The translations under genes and the position numbers were made by a program. The notes below the pieces were generated by a model. It was not told the DNA's origin and made no database searches. It worked only from the letters and a program-made list of their open reading frames with translations. A stretch of DNA of 64,000 nucleotides. Origin: an uncultured Planctomycetaceae bacterium (GTDB lineage Bacteria > Planctomycetota > Planctomycetia > Pirellulales > UBA1268). Within the stretch, counting starts at the first letter, position 1, and each line of letters begins with the position of its first letter. Shown in pieces: positions 21,414 through 31,753 of this stretch. Where the stretch lies: assembly GCA_913052575.1 (NCBI GenBank), contig CAJXFK010000002.1, positions 1,746 to 65,745 on the forward strand. Direction: 5' to 3'.

Positions 21414-22188
21414 TTCGCCTGATGATTCAATAAAAAATTCGACTAGGAAAAATGATCTCGATGCTTCTGCAGACACATCGCAGTACCGGCATGTAGAGGA
21501 GATTTTTCTTCACTCATTGTCTTCAGAAACAAAAGTTGAATTTCTAAAAATTTCAACAGATGAAAATATAGACACGCATCTTGATGAATGCATCGCGTGG
21601 ACCGAAGCGGGGAATTCGAGTGACAATCCAATTACACTTGAACTTTACGGAACACTTGTTATTTGGACGTCGACACGAATGGTGCTGGTCACGTCACCGC
21701 GTCACTTCCAAAAGGCAGAACGTGCAGTTTTAGACTTTACAAAAATAGCATTCGAAATGACTGCTATCGAACGGCTTCTCAGCACAGCATGGGAACACTA
21801 CGAAGATGACCTACCAAGCGGTTTCTCCTGCCACGAGTCGAACACAAGTACTCAAGCAACTCTGTCGAATCGATACGTACAAGCGATGTCACTGTCCGGG
21901 AAGATTGCTCGACTCTCGCCCCGGATTCATCTTCCACCAGAACACCCACCAACCTTGGCAGGCCAGCTAGGTGAAAGACTCCGGGACCGGTCTCGCTTGG
22001 CTGATCGTGAAGAATTCGCTGACGAACAACTTGATACGATTATTCGACTCTACGAAACTACTGGACAGCGTGTGAGCGAATTCACTTTAGCGCATAGAGA
22101 ATATATTCTTATCTGGGTCATAGTACTGCTGCTCGGAGCAGAAATCCTCCTTTTACTTATTGACCTGCTCCCATCGGCGGGGAATTAA
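21403..22188 (+). CDS. hypothetical protein with a C-terminal TM helix (possibly RMD1/DUF155-like)
   Basis: The ATG at 21403 overlaps the end of the upstream gene by 11 bp. It has a soluble domain followed by REYILIWVIVLLLGAEILLLLIDLL. The DUF155 resemblance (LYGTLVIWTS..., C-terminal TM) is a pattern guess. Confidence 0.45.
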   Translation: MNINSPDDSIKNSTRKNDLDASADTSQYRHVEEIFLHSLSSETKVEFLKISTDENIDTHLDECIAWTEAGNSSDNPITLELYGTLVIWTSTRMVLVTSPRHFQKAERAVLDFTKIAFEMTAIERLLSTAWEHYEDDLPSGFSCHESNTSTQATLSNRYVQAMSLSGKIARLSPRIHLPPEHPPTLAGQLGERLRDRSRLADREEFADEQLDTIIRLYETTGQRVSEFTLAHREYILIWVIVLLLGAEILLLLIDLLPSAGN

Positions 22189-22192
22189 GCTC

Positions 22193-23326
22193 GTGCGTCT
22201 TCTATCAATCGATATTCTGCGAACAGTGGCTATCGGAATGATGGTACTTGTCCACTTTGTAGAGAATCTTTCCGCTCATTACGACTTTTCGCCACTTGGA
22301 CCAGTTTCTCGTGAGCAACTCTGGTGGCTACCCGTCGGCTTCGCGGCACCTCTCTTCACACTACTGACGGGTGTTAGTTACCGCTCGTGGATTGCCGCAC
22401 AAAAGGATCGTGGCGTCGACGATTACATCATCTCAAAACGAACTGTGAGGCGAGGTCTTTTTCTTATTGGAATCGGCTTTGCTTTTAATGTATTTGTCTG
22501 GCTGCCCGAGGATACATTCAACTGGGACATCCTTACATTCATTGGTTCTGCACTCATTATTCTGAATCTGATCCGCAAACTACCTACCGAAGTTGTGCTC
22601 ACTGGAATTCTTCTTGTTGCCGTATTGAGCCCCCCTCTTCAGGTCCTCAGTGACTACTATGCCTTTTGGAGTAATGGATATTTCGAGTATGACCTCACTC
22701 TTTCTGATCTCGTTACCGGTTATCTTGCCACAGGTTATTTCCCACTTTTTCCATGGATTATTTTTCCAGTAGCTGGCTTTCTTATTGCACCCACACTCTT
22801 CACACCGTCAAGCAATGGGACTTCTGGCCTCAGACAGTCACGCTTTCTTCTCGTAGGTTGTGTGAGTATCGGTTGCCTTGTTGCATCATTCGCATTACAG
22901 AGATTCATTTCACTGCCACCTTTAATTTCTCGATGGACTATGTTTCCTGCCTCGAGCAGCTACCTCCTTGGTGTAATTGGGATGGCACTCTTTAGTCTCT
23001 TGGCTCTCAATACCATCATTGATAAAAACTGGAAAGAAGACCGTGGGTCCATCATTACGAGAACTGCTGCGCAATGGTGTCGAATCATCAGCAAGCATTC
23101 CCTCTCCCTTTATCTTCTTCACCACATTGTCCATCTTTGGCCGCTTTGGTTGTATGGACTCATGACAACGGGTGAACCAACCGCACACTGGCAAAATTTC
23201 TTACCTGTTATTATTTCAGCATCGCTTGCAATTTTTTTCTGTATTCTTGTTGTCCCACTATTCGTAATGGTTGATAAATATCATTTGCCAACTGTTGAAC
23301 GTATAATGCGATGGATAGGTGACTGA
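22193..23326 (+). CDS. DUF1624 / heparan-alpha-glucosaminide N-acetyltransferase-like polytopic membrane protein
   Basis: The N-terminal LSIDILRTVAIGMMVLVHF motif is followed by about 9 to 10 TM helices. A GTG at 22193 lies 4 nt after the upstream stop and has a GGGGA Shine-Dalgarno sequence. The track alternative is a TTG at 22160. Confidence 0.65.
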   Translation: MRLLSIDILRTVAIGMMVLVHFVENLSAHYDFSPLGPVSREQLWWLPVGFAAPLFTLLTGVSYRSWIAAQKDRGVDDYIISKRTVRRGLFLIGIGFAFNVFVWLPEDTFNWDILTFIGSALIILNLIRKLPTEVVLTGILLVAVLSPPLQVLSDYYAFWSNGYFEYDLTLSDLVTGYLATGYFPLFPWIIFPVAGFLIAPTLFTPSSNGTSGLRQSRFLLVGCVSIGCLVASFALQRFISLPPLISRWTMFPASSSYLLGVIGMALFSLLALNTIIDKNWKEDRGSIITRTAAQWCRIISKHSLSLYLLHHIVHLWPLWLYGLMTTGEPTAHWQNFLPVIISASLAIFFCILVVPLFVMVDKYHLPTVERIMRWIGD

Positions 23327-23426
23327 GAAAGCAGCAGAAACTACTATTGCTTCACGACCTATGTAACAGGGCGACGGGACCTACAGGCGTAGACGACATG
23401 CCGTACGACACGTACATTCCTGATCT

Positions 23427-24365
23427 ATGCCGAAAAAATTGAAAAAGACAGGTCTGAAATCACCTACTCGGCGGACACCAAGCCGTGTTCGAGAAGGCGA
23501 CTGTCTTGATTTATTACGCAAGGTTGCATCTGACAGTATTCCTCTCGCATTTGCCGACCCTCCTTTTAATATTGGCTACGCGTACGACACATATAACGAC
23601 CGTCGAACAAGTAATGATTATCTTGAATGGTCAAAACAATGGATGAGTGAAATTCATCGCATTCTTCGTCCTGACGGAACATTCTGGCTTGCCATTGGTG
23701 ATGAATATGCGGCTGAACTCAAGGTGATTGCCACAAGAGAACTTGGCTTTACATGCCGTAGCTGGGTCGTCTGGTATTACACATTTGGCGTGAACTGTCA
23801 GCAGAAGTTCAATCGCTCTCATGCTCACTTATTTCACTTCGTCTGCAATCCGAAATCGTTCACTTTTAATGCCGATGCCATCCGAGTGCCGTCTGCACGT
23901 GAGTTAGTTTACGGCGACCGTAGAGCAAACCCAAAAGGACGGCTTCCGGATGACACGTGGATTCTGCGACCACAAGATCTCCCAGACGGCTTCACTACTG
24001 ATGAAGACACATGGTACTTTCCGCGTGTCTGTGGAACATTTAAGGAACGTTCCGGTTGGCATGGATGCCAGATGCCTGAGCAATTACTCGGGCGAGTCAT
24101 TCGGTCATCGAGCGACCCTGGCGACCTCGTCATCGATCCGTTTGCTGGAAGTGGTACAACACTGGCCGTAGCCAAAAAACTGAATCGTTCATACCTCGGG
24201 TTTGAATTGTCCTCTGATTATGTATCGCAGATTCGCAAGCGGCTGGCATCGATAGCGACTGGACAATCACTCGATGGCTCCCCGGAACCACTTAAAAGTG
24301 TGCCTGCCACAAGCCAGGGGAAACGACTTCGAAAACCGACTCAAAATCGCCCAAGCACGTCATGA
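23427..24365 (+). CDS. site-specific DNA methyltransferase, beta class (N6-adenine or N4-cytosine), apparently orphan
   Basis: 312 aa. Motif IV ([10 protein letters not shown]) precedes motif I ([15 protein letters not shown]), which is the beta-class order. No nuclease gene lies next to it. Confidence 0.85.
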   Translation: MPKKLKKTGLKSPTRRTPSRVREGDCLDLLRKVASDSIPLAFADPPFNIGYAYDTYNDRRTSNDYLEWSKQWMSEIHRILRPDGTFWLAIGDEYAAELKVIATRELGFTCRSWVVWYYTFGVNCQQKFNRSHAHLFHFVCNPKSFTFNADAIRVPSARELVYGDRRANPKGRLPDDTWILRPQDLPDGFTTDEDTWYFPRVCGTFKERSGWHGCQMPEQLLGRVIRSSSDPGDLVIDPFAGSGTTLAVAKKLNRSYLGFELSSDYVSQIRKRLASIATGQSLDGSPEPLKSVPATSQGKRLRKPTQNRPSTS

Positions 24366-24475
24366 TATGCTCTTTCCATTCACACTTGCCTTCTTTGAGT
24401 AACCGGTGTCGAATGAAATAGGATTTATTCACGCTCACATTCAAAATAGGTCTCCTTCAGCAAAAGTACTTTATT

Positions 24476-25327
24476 ATGAAATATGGAATTAACCTGCTTC
24501 TTTGGACCGACTCGATGCATGATGGTCTTATTCCCGTAATCGAGACCTTAAAAGAAATGGGGTATGACGGTGTCGAGATGCCACTGTTTGAACCAGACAA
24601 AGAACTCTATGCAGAATGGGGGAAAAAACTCGACGCCATTGGCTTGGAGAGAACTGCTGTCACCATTCGAAGTGCCGACGCTAATCCAATTAGCCCTGAC
24701 GCCAGTGTTCGAAAGGCAGCTGTTGATGCATTGAAAAAGACTATTGACTGCTGCCATGCTGCAGGAGTGAAGCTCTTAGCCGGCCCTACTCACTCAGCTA
24801 TTGGTGAGTTCTCTGGATGCGGGCCAACAGCAGATGAAATCAAGTGGGGCGCTGAGTCGATGCGACAGGCTGCAGAATACGCCGCATCTGCGGATGTCAC
24901 GATCGTTGTTGAGTATCTCAATCGATTTGAAAATTATTTTCTCACAAGTGTTGCGCAGACCATTTCTTTCCTGGGTGAAGTTGATCATCCAAACGTCAGG
25001 ATGATGTATGACACTTTTCACGCAAACATTGAAGAAAAAAATCTATCTGATGCTATTGATGCAGCAATGCCTTGGACGAGGCTTGTTCATATTTCAGAAA
25101 ATGATCGAAGTACGCCGGGCCAAGGGCATGTTGCATGGAATGAAACATTTGATGCAATTAAGAAAACAAACTGGGATGGCTGGATGGTTGTTGAAGCATT
25201 CGGGCTAGCACTGCCAGCAATCGTTGCTGCTACAAAAATATGGCGAAAAATGTATTCGACAGAAGAGCAATTGGCCCGTGATGCACTAAGCTTCATGAAA
25301 ACCAATGTCGACAAACGCTGGCAGTAA
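24476..25327 (+). CDS. xylose-isomerase-like TIM-barrel protein (ketose 3-epimerase / sugar phosphate isomerase family)
   Basis: 283 aa. The metal-ligand pattern VVEYLNRFE, MYDTFHANIEE and VHISENDR plus the C-terminal VVEAF is typical of D-tagatose/D-psicose 3-epimerase-like enzymes. Confidence 0.75.
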   Translation: MKYGINLLLWTDSMHDGLIPVIETLKEMGYDGVEMPLFEPDKELYAEWGKKLDAIGLERTAVTIRSADANPISPDASVRKAAVDALKKTIDCCHAAGVKLLAGPTHSAIGEFSGCGPTADEIKWGAESMRQAAEYAASADVTIVVEYLNRFENYFLTSVAQTISFLGEVDHPNVRMMYDTFHANIEEKNLSDAIDAAMPWTRLVHISENDRSTPGQGHVAWNETFDAIKKTNWDGWMVVEAFGLALPAIVAATKIWRKMYSTEEQLARDALSFMKTNVDKRWQ

Positions 25328-25401
25328 CTCTACTCTTTTCAACTGAGGACAGACTCCTTGCGTTTGTAACTGAAGTAGTTTAGAGAACAGGAATTTGACT
25401 C

Positions 25402-26166
25402 GTGACAACTGAGCCAAGGAAGGCAAAGAACACATCGAGTGGATTCGACGGGCCTCCAGCTGAAGGTGGCTTGTCGATTGATCGACTAGCGCAAGCCTTT
25501 GCTGCCATGATGGGAGAACAAGACCCATATGAGTCGCCATCAAAAGGTACACAAGGAGTCGTTGAAATTGACTCCTCACCAGACCTTGATGAAACAGGAA
25601 GCCCAACTGCCTCACATGCGCCTACGTGCCGTGTAAACCCACGGTCAATACTTGAGGCACTGCTATTTGTTGGTCTGCCACGGGGGAAGCCACTATCGAG
25701 CCAACAGGTTTCAAAATTAATGCGGGGTGTTCGATCTGTTGAAATTGATGAATTCGCACAAGAACTTTCTCGCTTCTATGAGGTAAATGGGTGCCCCTAC
25801 CAAGTTGTCTCTGAGGGATCAGGTTGGATTCTTCGACTTCGGGAAGAGTACAAACAATACGGTGCAATCCTCGAGGCCAAGACACGTCGTGTGCGACTCG
25901 ATGTCGGAGCACTTGATGCACTTGCTGTTGTCGCTTGGAACCAGCCGGTAGCTCGAGAAGATTTATCCAAACTTGGATGCGATGCAAGTCCGGCTGTCAT
26001 GCGGCAACTCGTGCGGCGTGGTTTACTCGAACTTGTCAAGCTTCCATGTGCAGATGAAAAAACAAGTGAAGACCTTCTGCACTATCAGACAACATCACGA
26101 TTCTTGGAAGTGTTTCAATTACGTTCTCTTTCTGACCTCCCAAACCCCCATGATCCGCCTCGATAA
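25402..26166 (+). CDS. scpB: segregation and condensation protein B
   Basis: 254 aa with a GTG start. ILEALLFVGLPRGKPLSSQQV and ALDALAVVAWNQPVAREDL indicate two winged-helix ScpB domains after an acidic N-terminal extension of about 75 aa. Confidence 0.75.
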   Translation: MTTEPRKAKNTSSGFDGPPAEGGLSIDRLAQAFAAMMGEQDPYESPSKGTQGVVEIDSSPDLDETGSPTASHAPTCRVNPRSILEALLFVGLPRGKPLSSQQVSKLMRGVRSVEIDEFAQELSRFYEVNGCPYQVVSEGSGWILRLREEYKQYGAILEAKTRRVRLDVGALDALAVVAWNQPVAREDLSKLGCDASPAVMRQLVRRGLLELVKLPCADEKTSEDLLHYQTTSRFLEVFQLRSLSDLPNPHDPPR

Positions 26167-26190
26167 ACAGCGAATTGGCGTGTAGTTCAA

Positions 26191-27453
26191 TTAATCAGAG
26201 TCGCAATGTTGCTCGACCCATTGAATAGCTACTTCCTTTGAGATGATTTTTTCATCTAATTGTAAATCTCGTAATTGCTTTAACAGCTTCCCAACGACTG
26301 GTCCAGACGGAACTCCAAGTTGCATCAGGTCATTTCCACAGAGCAATTGAGGCGGATTCAGATCAGCATCAGTACGATGGACCTGCTCACTCACCCAGTC
26401 CACCTTTTCTGTTGAAAACAAGTTGATTGCGGCCAAAGATTGCATCAAGTCAAACAGATAAAACCGCCATTCATGAGCGAGCCATGGCTGAAGAACTGAC
26501 CAAGGAATATCTGTGTACTGTGCTGAAAGAGAATCTGACTCAAGACCCATTATTGCTTCGATTAACCACACAGTAAGTTTTCGTTCGTGGTTCGATAACC
26601 GAAGGTGATTACAAATATCAGCAGCCAATCGAGGCTTCTCATAACACAGGACCGCAATTGCCAACGATATATTGGGTTCCCGCATGGCATCGAGCACATC
26701 CGATGCGGAACACCAGAATGATTCTGCTTCTTTTAAACGGTGATCAAATAATGGACCAATTAGATTCGTACCGACGAGCAGTCGTAATGCTTCACCTCGC
26801 CCATGACGAGAAAACATTAAGCGGAGTTCTGCAGCCAATCGTTCTGGACTCACCGACTCAACCTTCTCCGCCAACAACACAATGGCCTTCTCAGTGTCAC
26901 ATTCTATCGGAAAACCAAAGTTGGCTGAGAACCGAACGGCTCGTAGCATTCTGAGATGATCTTCGTTAAATCTCATGGCGGGGTTACCAATCGCACGAAC
27001 AACTCCTTCGTTCAGATCGTGCTGCCCTCCTACGTAGTCAATAACATTCTCGGTTGTCGGATCAAAGAAAAGGCCGTTGATTGTAAAATCACGACGCAGG
27101 GCGTCTTCCTGAGCTCCGCAAAAAGTCACTCCTACAGGATGACGTCCGTCGATGTACTCTGCGTCCGATCTGTATGTTGCAACTTCCACATTGCCTGAGT
27201 GCTTCGATCCAATTACGGTAATAACACCAAAGGCAGCACCCACAGCAATGGTATTTCTGCGGCCAAATAGATTTCTTATGTCGTCCGGACGAGCAGCCGT
27301 TGCAACGTCGTAATCTAAAGGGACTCGATCTAATAGCTGATCACGAACACATCCACCTGCCCACACTGCTTCATATCCTGCCTGACGAAGTTTTTCGACA
27401 ACCTCAACAGCGAATGCACGGGCAGCGATAGGATCAATGCGACGAGGCGGCAT
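26191..27453 (-). CDS. CCA-adding tRNA nucleotidyltransferase / poly(A) polymerase family protein
   Basis: 420 aa. It has the class-II nucleotidyltransferase head motif GGCVRDQLL, DYDVAT and RRDFTING. Confidence 0.8.
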   Translation of the reverse strand: MPPRRIDPIAARAFAVEVVEKLRQAGYEAVWAGGCVRDQLLDRVPLDYDVATAARPDDIRNLFGRRNTIAVGAAFGVITVIGSKHSGNVEVATYRSDAEYIDGRHPVGVTFCGAQEDALRRDFTINGLFFDPTTENVIDYVGGQHDLNEGVVRAIGNPAMRFNEDHLRMLRAVRFSANFGFPIECDTEKAIVLLAEKVESVSPERLAAELRLMFSRHGRGEALRLLVGTNLIGPLFDHRLKEAESFWCSASDVLDAMREPNISLAIAVLCYEKPRLAADICNHLRLSNHERKLTVWLIEAIMGLESDSLSAQYTDIPWSVLQPWLAHEWRFYLFDLMQSLAAINLFSTEKVDWVSEQVHRTDADLNPPQLLCGNDLMQLGVPSGPVVGKLLKQLRDLQLDEKIISKEVAIQWVEQHCDSD

Positions 27454-27561
27454 CTTGAAGCTCGACCTTTCAGTGTATTCTTATTTATATTGAAGACATT
27501 GAGCGTACAATGAACAGCACGCACTAGTAGTGGTAAACCGTATCTAGATAGACTATGCCAA

Positions 27562-27900
27562 ATGACATTACCAACAGAAATTACTCCGAGTGACACATTA
27601 ACGTTGTTCACAACGTCAGAAAATGCTGCATGCCTCTTACTCGACTGCAGAACAGAAGAAGAGTATTTAATAGCTAAAATATCGCAGGCAAAATTCATCC
27701 CGATGCAGGAAATTTCTGAAAGACTTGATGAACTAGAACCCTGGAAGCAAAAGCGAGTCGTTGTGCACTGCCACCACGGTGTCCGTAGCCTCCGTGTCGC
27801 AAAATGGCTCCGGGAACGAGGTTTCGAGAAGGCTCAAAGTCTCAGGGGTGGTATTGAGGCATGGAGTACCGAAATTGATTCATCAATACCCAAATATTAG
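27562..27900 (+). CDS. rhodanese-like sulfurtransferase domain protein
   Basis: 112 aa with the active-site loop VVHCHHGVRS and C-terminal GGIEAWS. Confidence 0.85.
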   Translation: MTLPTEITPSDTLTLFTTSENAACLLLDCRTEEEYLIAKISQAKFIPMQEISERLDELEPWKQKRVVVHCHHGVRSLRVAKWLRERGFEKAQSLRGGIEAWSTEIDSSIPKY

Positions 27901-28050
27901 GGCGGTTTGTCCTTCACCTGTGCAAGTTGCAGGCAAGCCGGTATCTTTACGATGAAGAATACGCTGAAAAATATAAGCCTCAGCGGTAGATGACATTTCT
28001 TTTCTAAACACCCTCAGAACATTTTCTCACGACAATAATCCACGCAGGAG

Positions 28051-29409
28051 ATGAGCATGTCCAGCAACCTACCAAAATCTGAAACACTACGTTTCTCAAG
28101 ACGCAATGCCGTTAAAATGGCTTCCGTAGCTGGTGGTGCAATCGCATCAATGAGAGCCGTTCATGCGCAAACTCCATCAACAGAACTCATCAGAATTGGT
28201 CTTATCGGCTGTGGCGGTCGAGGTACGGGTGCGTTGACTCAAGCACTTAGTGTTAATGGTTCAAACATCAAAGTAACCGCTGTCGCCGATGCTTTTGAAA
28301 GCAATATAAGCCGTACACTTCGAGCGGTTGAGAAAATGGAAGACAAAGTTGATCTTCCGAAGGACCGACAGTTTCATGGTCTCGATGCCTACAAAAAAGT
28401 TCTTGATCATTGCGATCTTGTAATCTTGGCAACACCTCCAGGTTTTCGTCCATCACACTTTGAAGCTGCCATTAACGCAGGCAAACATGTGTTCATGGAA
28501 AAGCCTGTGTGCGTAGACAGTGCTGGGGCTCGCCTCGTCCTTGAAGTGGCAAAAAAAGCCGATGAAACAAACAGGAAAGTTGTTGTAGGACTACAGCGTC
28601 ACTACCAGGCAAGCTACCGGGAAACTATCAAGCGCGTTCGTGATGGCATGGTTGGTGATCTTATTGGAGGCCAGGTGTATTGGAACGGAAGTGGCATCTG
28701 GTACCGAAAACGAGAAGCCGACATGAATGAAATGCAATTCCAAGTTCACAATTGGTATCATTTTAACTGGCTTTGTGGTGACCACATTTGTGAGCAGCAT
28801 GTTCACAATATTGATATTGCAAACTGGTTCCTCGACATGCTTCCCGAATCAGCCTACGGTGTTGGTGGAAAACAGAAGAGAGTTGTTGGGCAACCCAGTG
28901 AAATTTATGATCACCATACGATTAATTTCAGTTATCCAAATGGTGTTCGAATCGCCAGTCAGTGCCGACAATTTCCCGGCGGACAAAACCGCGTGAATGA
29001 AGAATTCCAAGGCACAAAAGGTTTCGTGAAAATTGGTGAAATAACAGATTATTCCGGCAAGGTCCTCTGGAAATACGAAGGGCCAACCAAGTCGAAGAGC
29101 AAGGACTCTGGTGGCACTACGAATCCGTATCAGGTCGAACACAACGAACTACAAGCTGCCATTCGAAATGATACACCACTAAACAATGCCTACTACGGTG
29201 CAACCTCTACCTTTTCAGCCGTGCTTGGGCGAACTGCAACGTATAGCGGTAAGCCTCAGGACTACAAGAAACTCCTTGCTGAAGATTTCAACTTAATGCC
29301 TGACAACCTCACGTGGGAATCAACTCCCCCTGTCGTTCCAGACAAGGACGGAAATTATCCTATTCCGATGCCTGCAACATATAAGATTGCAAAGAAAATG
29401 ACCTCCTAA
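28051..29409 (+). CDS. Gfo/Idh/MocA family oxidoreductase with twin-arginine (Tat) signal
   Basis: 452 aa. It has a Tat-like N-terminus (FSRRNAVKMASVAGGAIA) and the Rossmann motif IGLIGCGGRGTGA. Confidence 0.8.
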   Translation: MSMSSNLPKSETLRFSRRNAVKMASVAGGAIASMRAVHAQTPSTELIRIGLIGCGGRGTGALTQALSVNGSNIKVTAVADAFESNISRTLRAVEKMEDKVDLPKDRQFHGLDAYKKVLDHCDLVILATPPGFRPSHFEAAINAGKHVFMEKPVCVDSAGARLVLEVAKKADETNRKVVVGLQRHYQASYRETIKRVRDGMVGDLIGGQVYWNGSGIWYRKREADMNEMQFQVHNWYHFNWLCGDHICEQHVHNIDIANWFLDMLPESAYGVGGKQKRVVGQPSEIYDHHTINFSYPNGVRIASQCRQFPGGQNRVNEEFQGTKGFVKIGEITDYSGKVLWKYEGPTKSKSKDSGGTTNPYQVEHNELQAAIRNDTPLNNAYYGATSTFSAVLGRTATYSGKPQDYKKLLAEDFNLMPDNLTWESTPPVVPDKDGNYPIPMPATYKIAKKMTS

Positions 29410-29427
29410 GTCGCGGAGGCTCTGCGG

Positions 29428-30537
29428 ATGAAAATTGGTATACCCAAGGAAACAAAGCGAGACGAATATCGCGTTGCAATGCTTCCTGTTGGGGTTGAAG
29501 AACTGGTTCGATCCAGCCACACCGTTGTGTTTCAAAAAACTGCTGGCAGTGGCTCTGGATTGCCTGATAGTGCATACGCAGATTGCGGTGCAACTATCGT
29601 TGACACTGCAGAAGAGGTCTTTGCTACATCTGATCTCATCGTCAAGGTCAAGGAGCCTCAGCCAGAAGAAATATCACTTATTCAACCACGCCAGCTTGTC
29701 TTTACTTACTTTCATTTCGCAGCCGATCAAACATTGACACAGCGATTCCTAACAACCGGCGCTACAGCCTTAGCGTACGAAACGCTTCGTGATGACCAGG
29801 GAGCCTTGCCACTGTTGAAACCGATGAGTGAAGTAGCGGGTAGAATGAGCATCCAGGAGGGTGCCAAGTATCTTGAGAAACCCCAAATGGGACGAGGCAT
29901 ACTGCTTGGAGGTGTCCCCGGAGTTCCACCGGCAAATGTTCTTATTCTTGGAGCCGGTACCGTTGGAGCGAATGCTGCGAAAGTAGCAGCCGGTTTCGGT
30001 GCAAATATTGGCCTACTTGATACAAACCTGGATCGGTTGCGATACCTTGATGACGTCACCCCCCCCAACATTGATTGCCTCTATTCTGATCGCCATACCA
30101 TTCGGGAGTGGCTTGGTCGTGCTGACCTTGTCATTGGGAGTGTTTTAATCCCTGGGGCTAAAGCACCGCACCTTGTTGAACGCAATGATTTACATCTTAT
30201 GAAACCCGGTGCTGTTATTATTGATGTCGCTATTGACCAAGGCGGTTGTATTGCAACAAGCCAACCAACATCGCATGCAGAGCCTACTTTTGTAGTCGAT
30301 AACATCGTTCATTACTGCGTAACAAATATGCCTGGTGCTGTTGGCCGAACCAGTACATACGCATTATGCAACGCAACACTCCCCTATGTTCTCTTACTGG
30401 CTAACGAGGGTCTTGTAACTGCTGCACAAGGCAATCATGCGATTCAAACAGCTGTAAATGTATTCCAGGGAGAACTTATAGAACCTGCTGTAGCAAAAAC
30501 CTTCGATCTTCCCTGCAGCCCCAATCCATTCCTGTGA
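29428..30537 (+). CDS. ald: alanine dehydrogenase
   Basis: 369 aa. MKIGIPKETKRDEYRVAMLP and the NAD motif VLILGAGTVGANAA are characteristic. Confidence 0.9.
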   Translation: MKIGIPKETKRDEYRVAMLPVGVEELVRSSHTVVFQKTAGSGSGLPDSAYADCGATIVDTAEEVFATSDLIVKVKEPQPEEISLIQPRQLVFTYFHFAADQTLTQRFLTTGATALAYETLRDDQGALPLLKPMSEVAGRMSIQEGAKYLEKPQMGRGILLGGVPGVPPANVLILGAGTVGANAAKVAAGFGANIGLLDTNLDRLRYLDDVTPPNIDCLYSDRHTIREWLGRADLVIGSVLIPGAKAPHLVERNDLHLMKPGAVIIDVAIDQGGCIATSQPTSHAEPTFVVDNIVHYCVTNMPGAVGRTSTYALCNATLPYVLLLANEGLVTAAQGNHAIQTAVNVFQGELIEPAVAKTFDLPCSPNPFL

Positions 30538-30635
30538 TACATAGATACAACCTGGAAGACATGGGTCTCTTGCGCACAAATGCCTCTTCAAGCCGTTACC
30601 CACGAAGCACAAATATTAAGGGTCTTTAGACTGAA

Positions 30636-31715
30636 ATGAATACACCATTTCAAAATGAAATTCATACTGTGAGCTGGCAGGGTGACAGCGAGGGCTACCT
30701 CAAAATTCTTGATCAAACAGCCCTCCCGACTGCGGTCAAGTATGTTGCCTGCAAAGACGTTCCATCAGTGATCGAATCGATCAAAATGTTGCGAGTCCGA
30801 GGCGCTCCTGCAATTGGTATTGCAGGAGCATACGGAATGGTGTTGGCAATAGATTATGCGAAAAATCTCAATGATACAGACACAAACAAGATGTCCTGTA
30901 TCCAACAGCTTGCAGAAGACCTCGCAACTGCACGACCTACGGCAATAAACCTACGATGGGCGATAGAACGAATTCAAAAAATAATTTTGAATTCTGGTCC
31001 AAACCCAGACTATTCCGAACTTCAGCAGAGCATTCTCAATGAAGCAAAATCAATTCAGCATGAAGATCAAGCTCTTTGTGAACATATTGGTGAGCATGGC
31101 TGCACAATACTTCCTGAGGGTGACATACTCACTCACTGCAATACGGGTGCCTTGGCCACGGGGGGCATCGGTACAGCTCTTGGAATTATTGTTACAGCAT
31201 GGAAGAAAGGTCGACGCTTTCAGGTATTTGCTGACGAAACGCGTCCTTTGTTACAAGGTGCTCGCCTTACTGCCTGGGAACTGACCCACCATCAAATTCC
31301 AGTCACAGTTCTCGTAGACGCTGCCGCAGCACATCTTTTAAAAACAGGTCGTGTAGGATGCTGCATTGTTGGTGCTGACCGAATCACAGCAAATGGAGAC
31401 ACTGCCAATAAGATTGGAACATACGGCCTTGCTTTATTGGCGAAGGCACACAATGTTCCATTTTTTGTTGCAGCCCCATCCAGTACATTCGATCTGACTC
31501 TCAAATCTGGTGACGAGATACCGATTGAGGAGCGTTCCGAAAATGAGGTGCTCCAACCATTCAATTTTCGATCCGCGCCTGCAGCAGCAACAGCCTTCAA
31601 TCCAGCGTTCGATGTGACACCAGGCCACCTCATTACAGCGATTGTCACAGAGCGTGGTATTATTAAAGACGTGAGCCACGAAACAGTTGCGTCCGTGATA
31701 ACACGTGGCACTTAA
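30636..31715 (+). CDS. mtnA: S-methyl-5-thioribose-1-phosphate isomerase (eIF-2B alpha/beta/delta-like family)
   Basis: 359 aa with VRGAPAIGIAGAYG, THCNTGALAT, GADRITANGDTANKIGTY and FDVTP motifs. Confidence 0.85.
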   Translation: MNTPFQNEIHTVSWQGDSEGYLKILDQTALPTAVKYVACKDVPSVIESIKMLRVRGAPAIGIAGAYGMVLAIDYAKNLNDTDTNKMSCIQQLAEDLATARPTAINLRWAIERIQKIILNSGPNPDYSELQQSILNEAKSIQHEDQALCEHIGEHGCTILPEGDILTHCNTGALATGGIGTALGIIVTAWKKGRRFQVFADETRPLLQGARLTAWELTHHQIPVTVLVDAAAAHLLKTGRVGCCIVGADRITANGDTANKIGTYGLALLAKAHNVPFFVAAPSSTFDLTLKSGDEIPIEERSENEVLQPFNFRSAPAAATAFNPAFDVTPGHLITAIVTERGIIKDVSHETVASVITRGT

Positions 31716-31753
31716 ACAGCTCTTTATTTCACCTCCCTGCGAATACACCTAGC

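Noticed and set aside
27330-27698. 122-aa minus-strand ORF spanning the cca/rhodanese divergent intergenic region. A similar 109-aa ORF lies at 25286-25615.
   Set aside because: Each overlaps the 5' ends of well-supported genes on both sides and crosses promoter DNA. Neither has motifs or a plausible ribosome-binding site.
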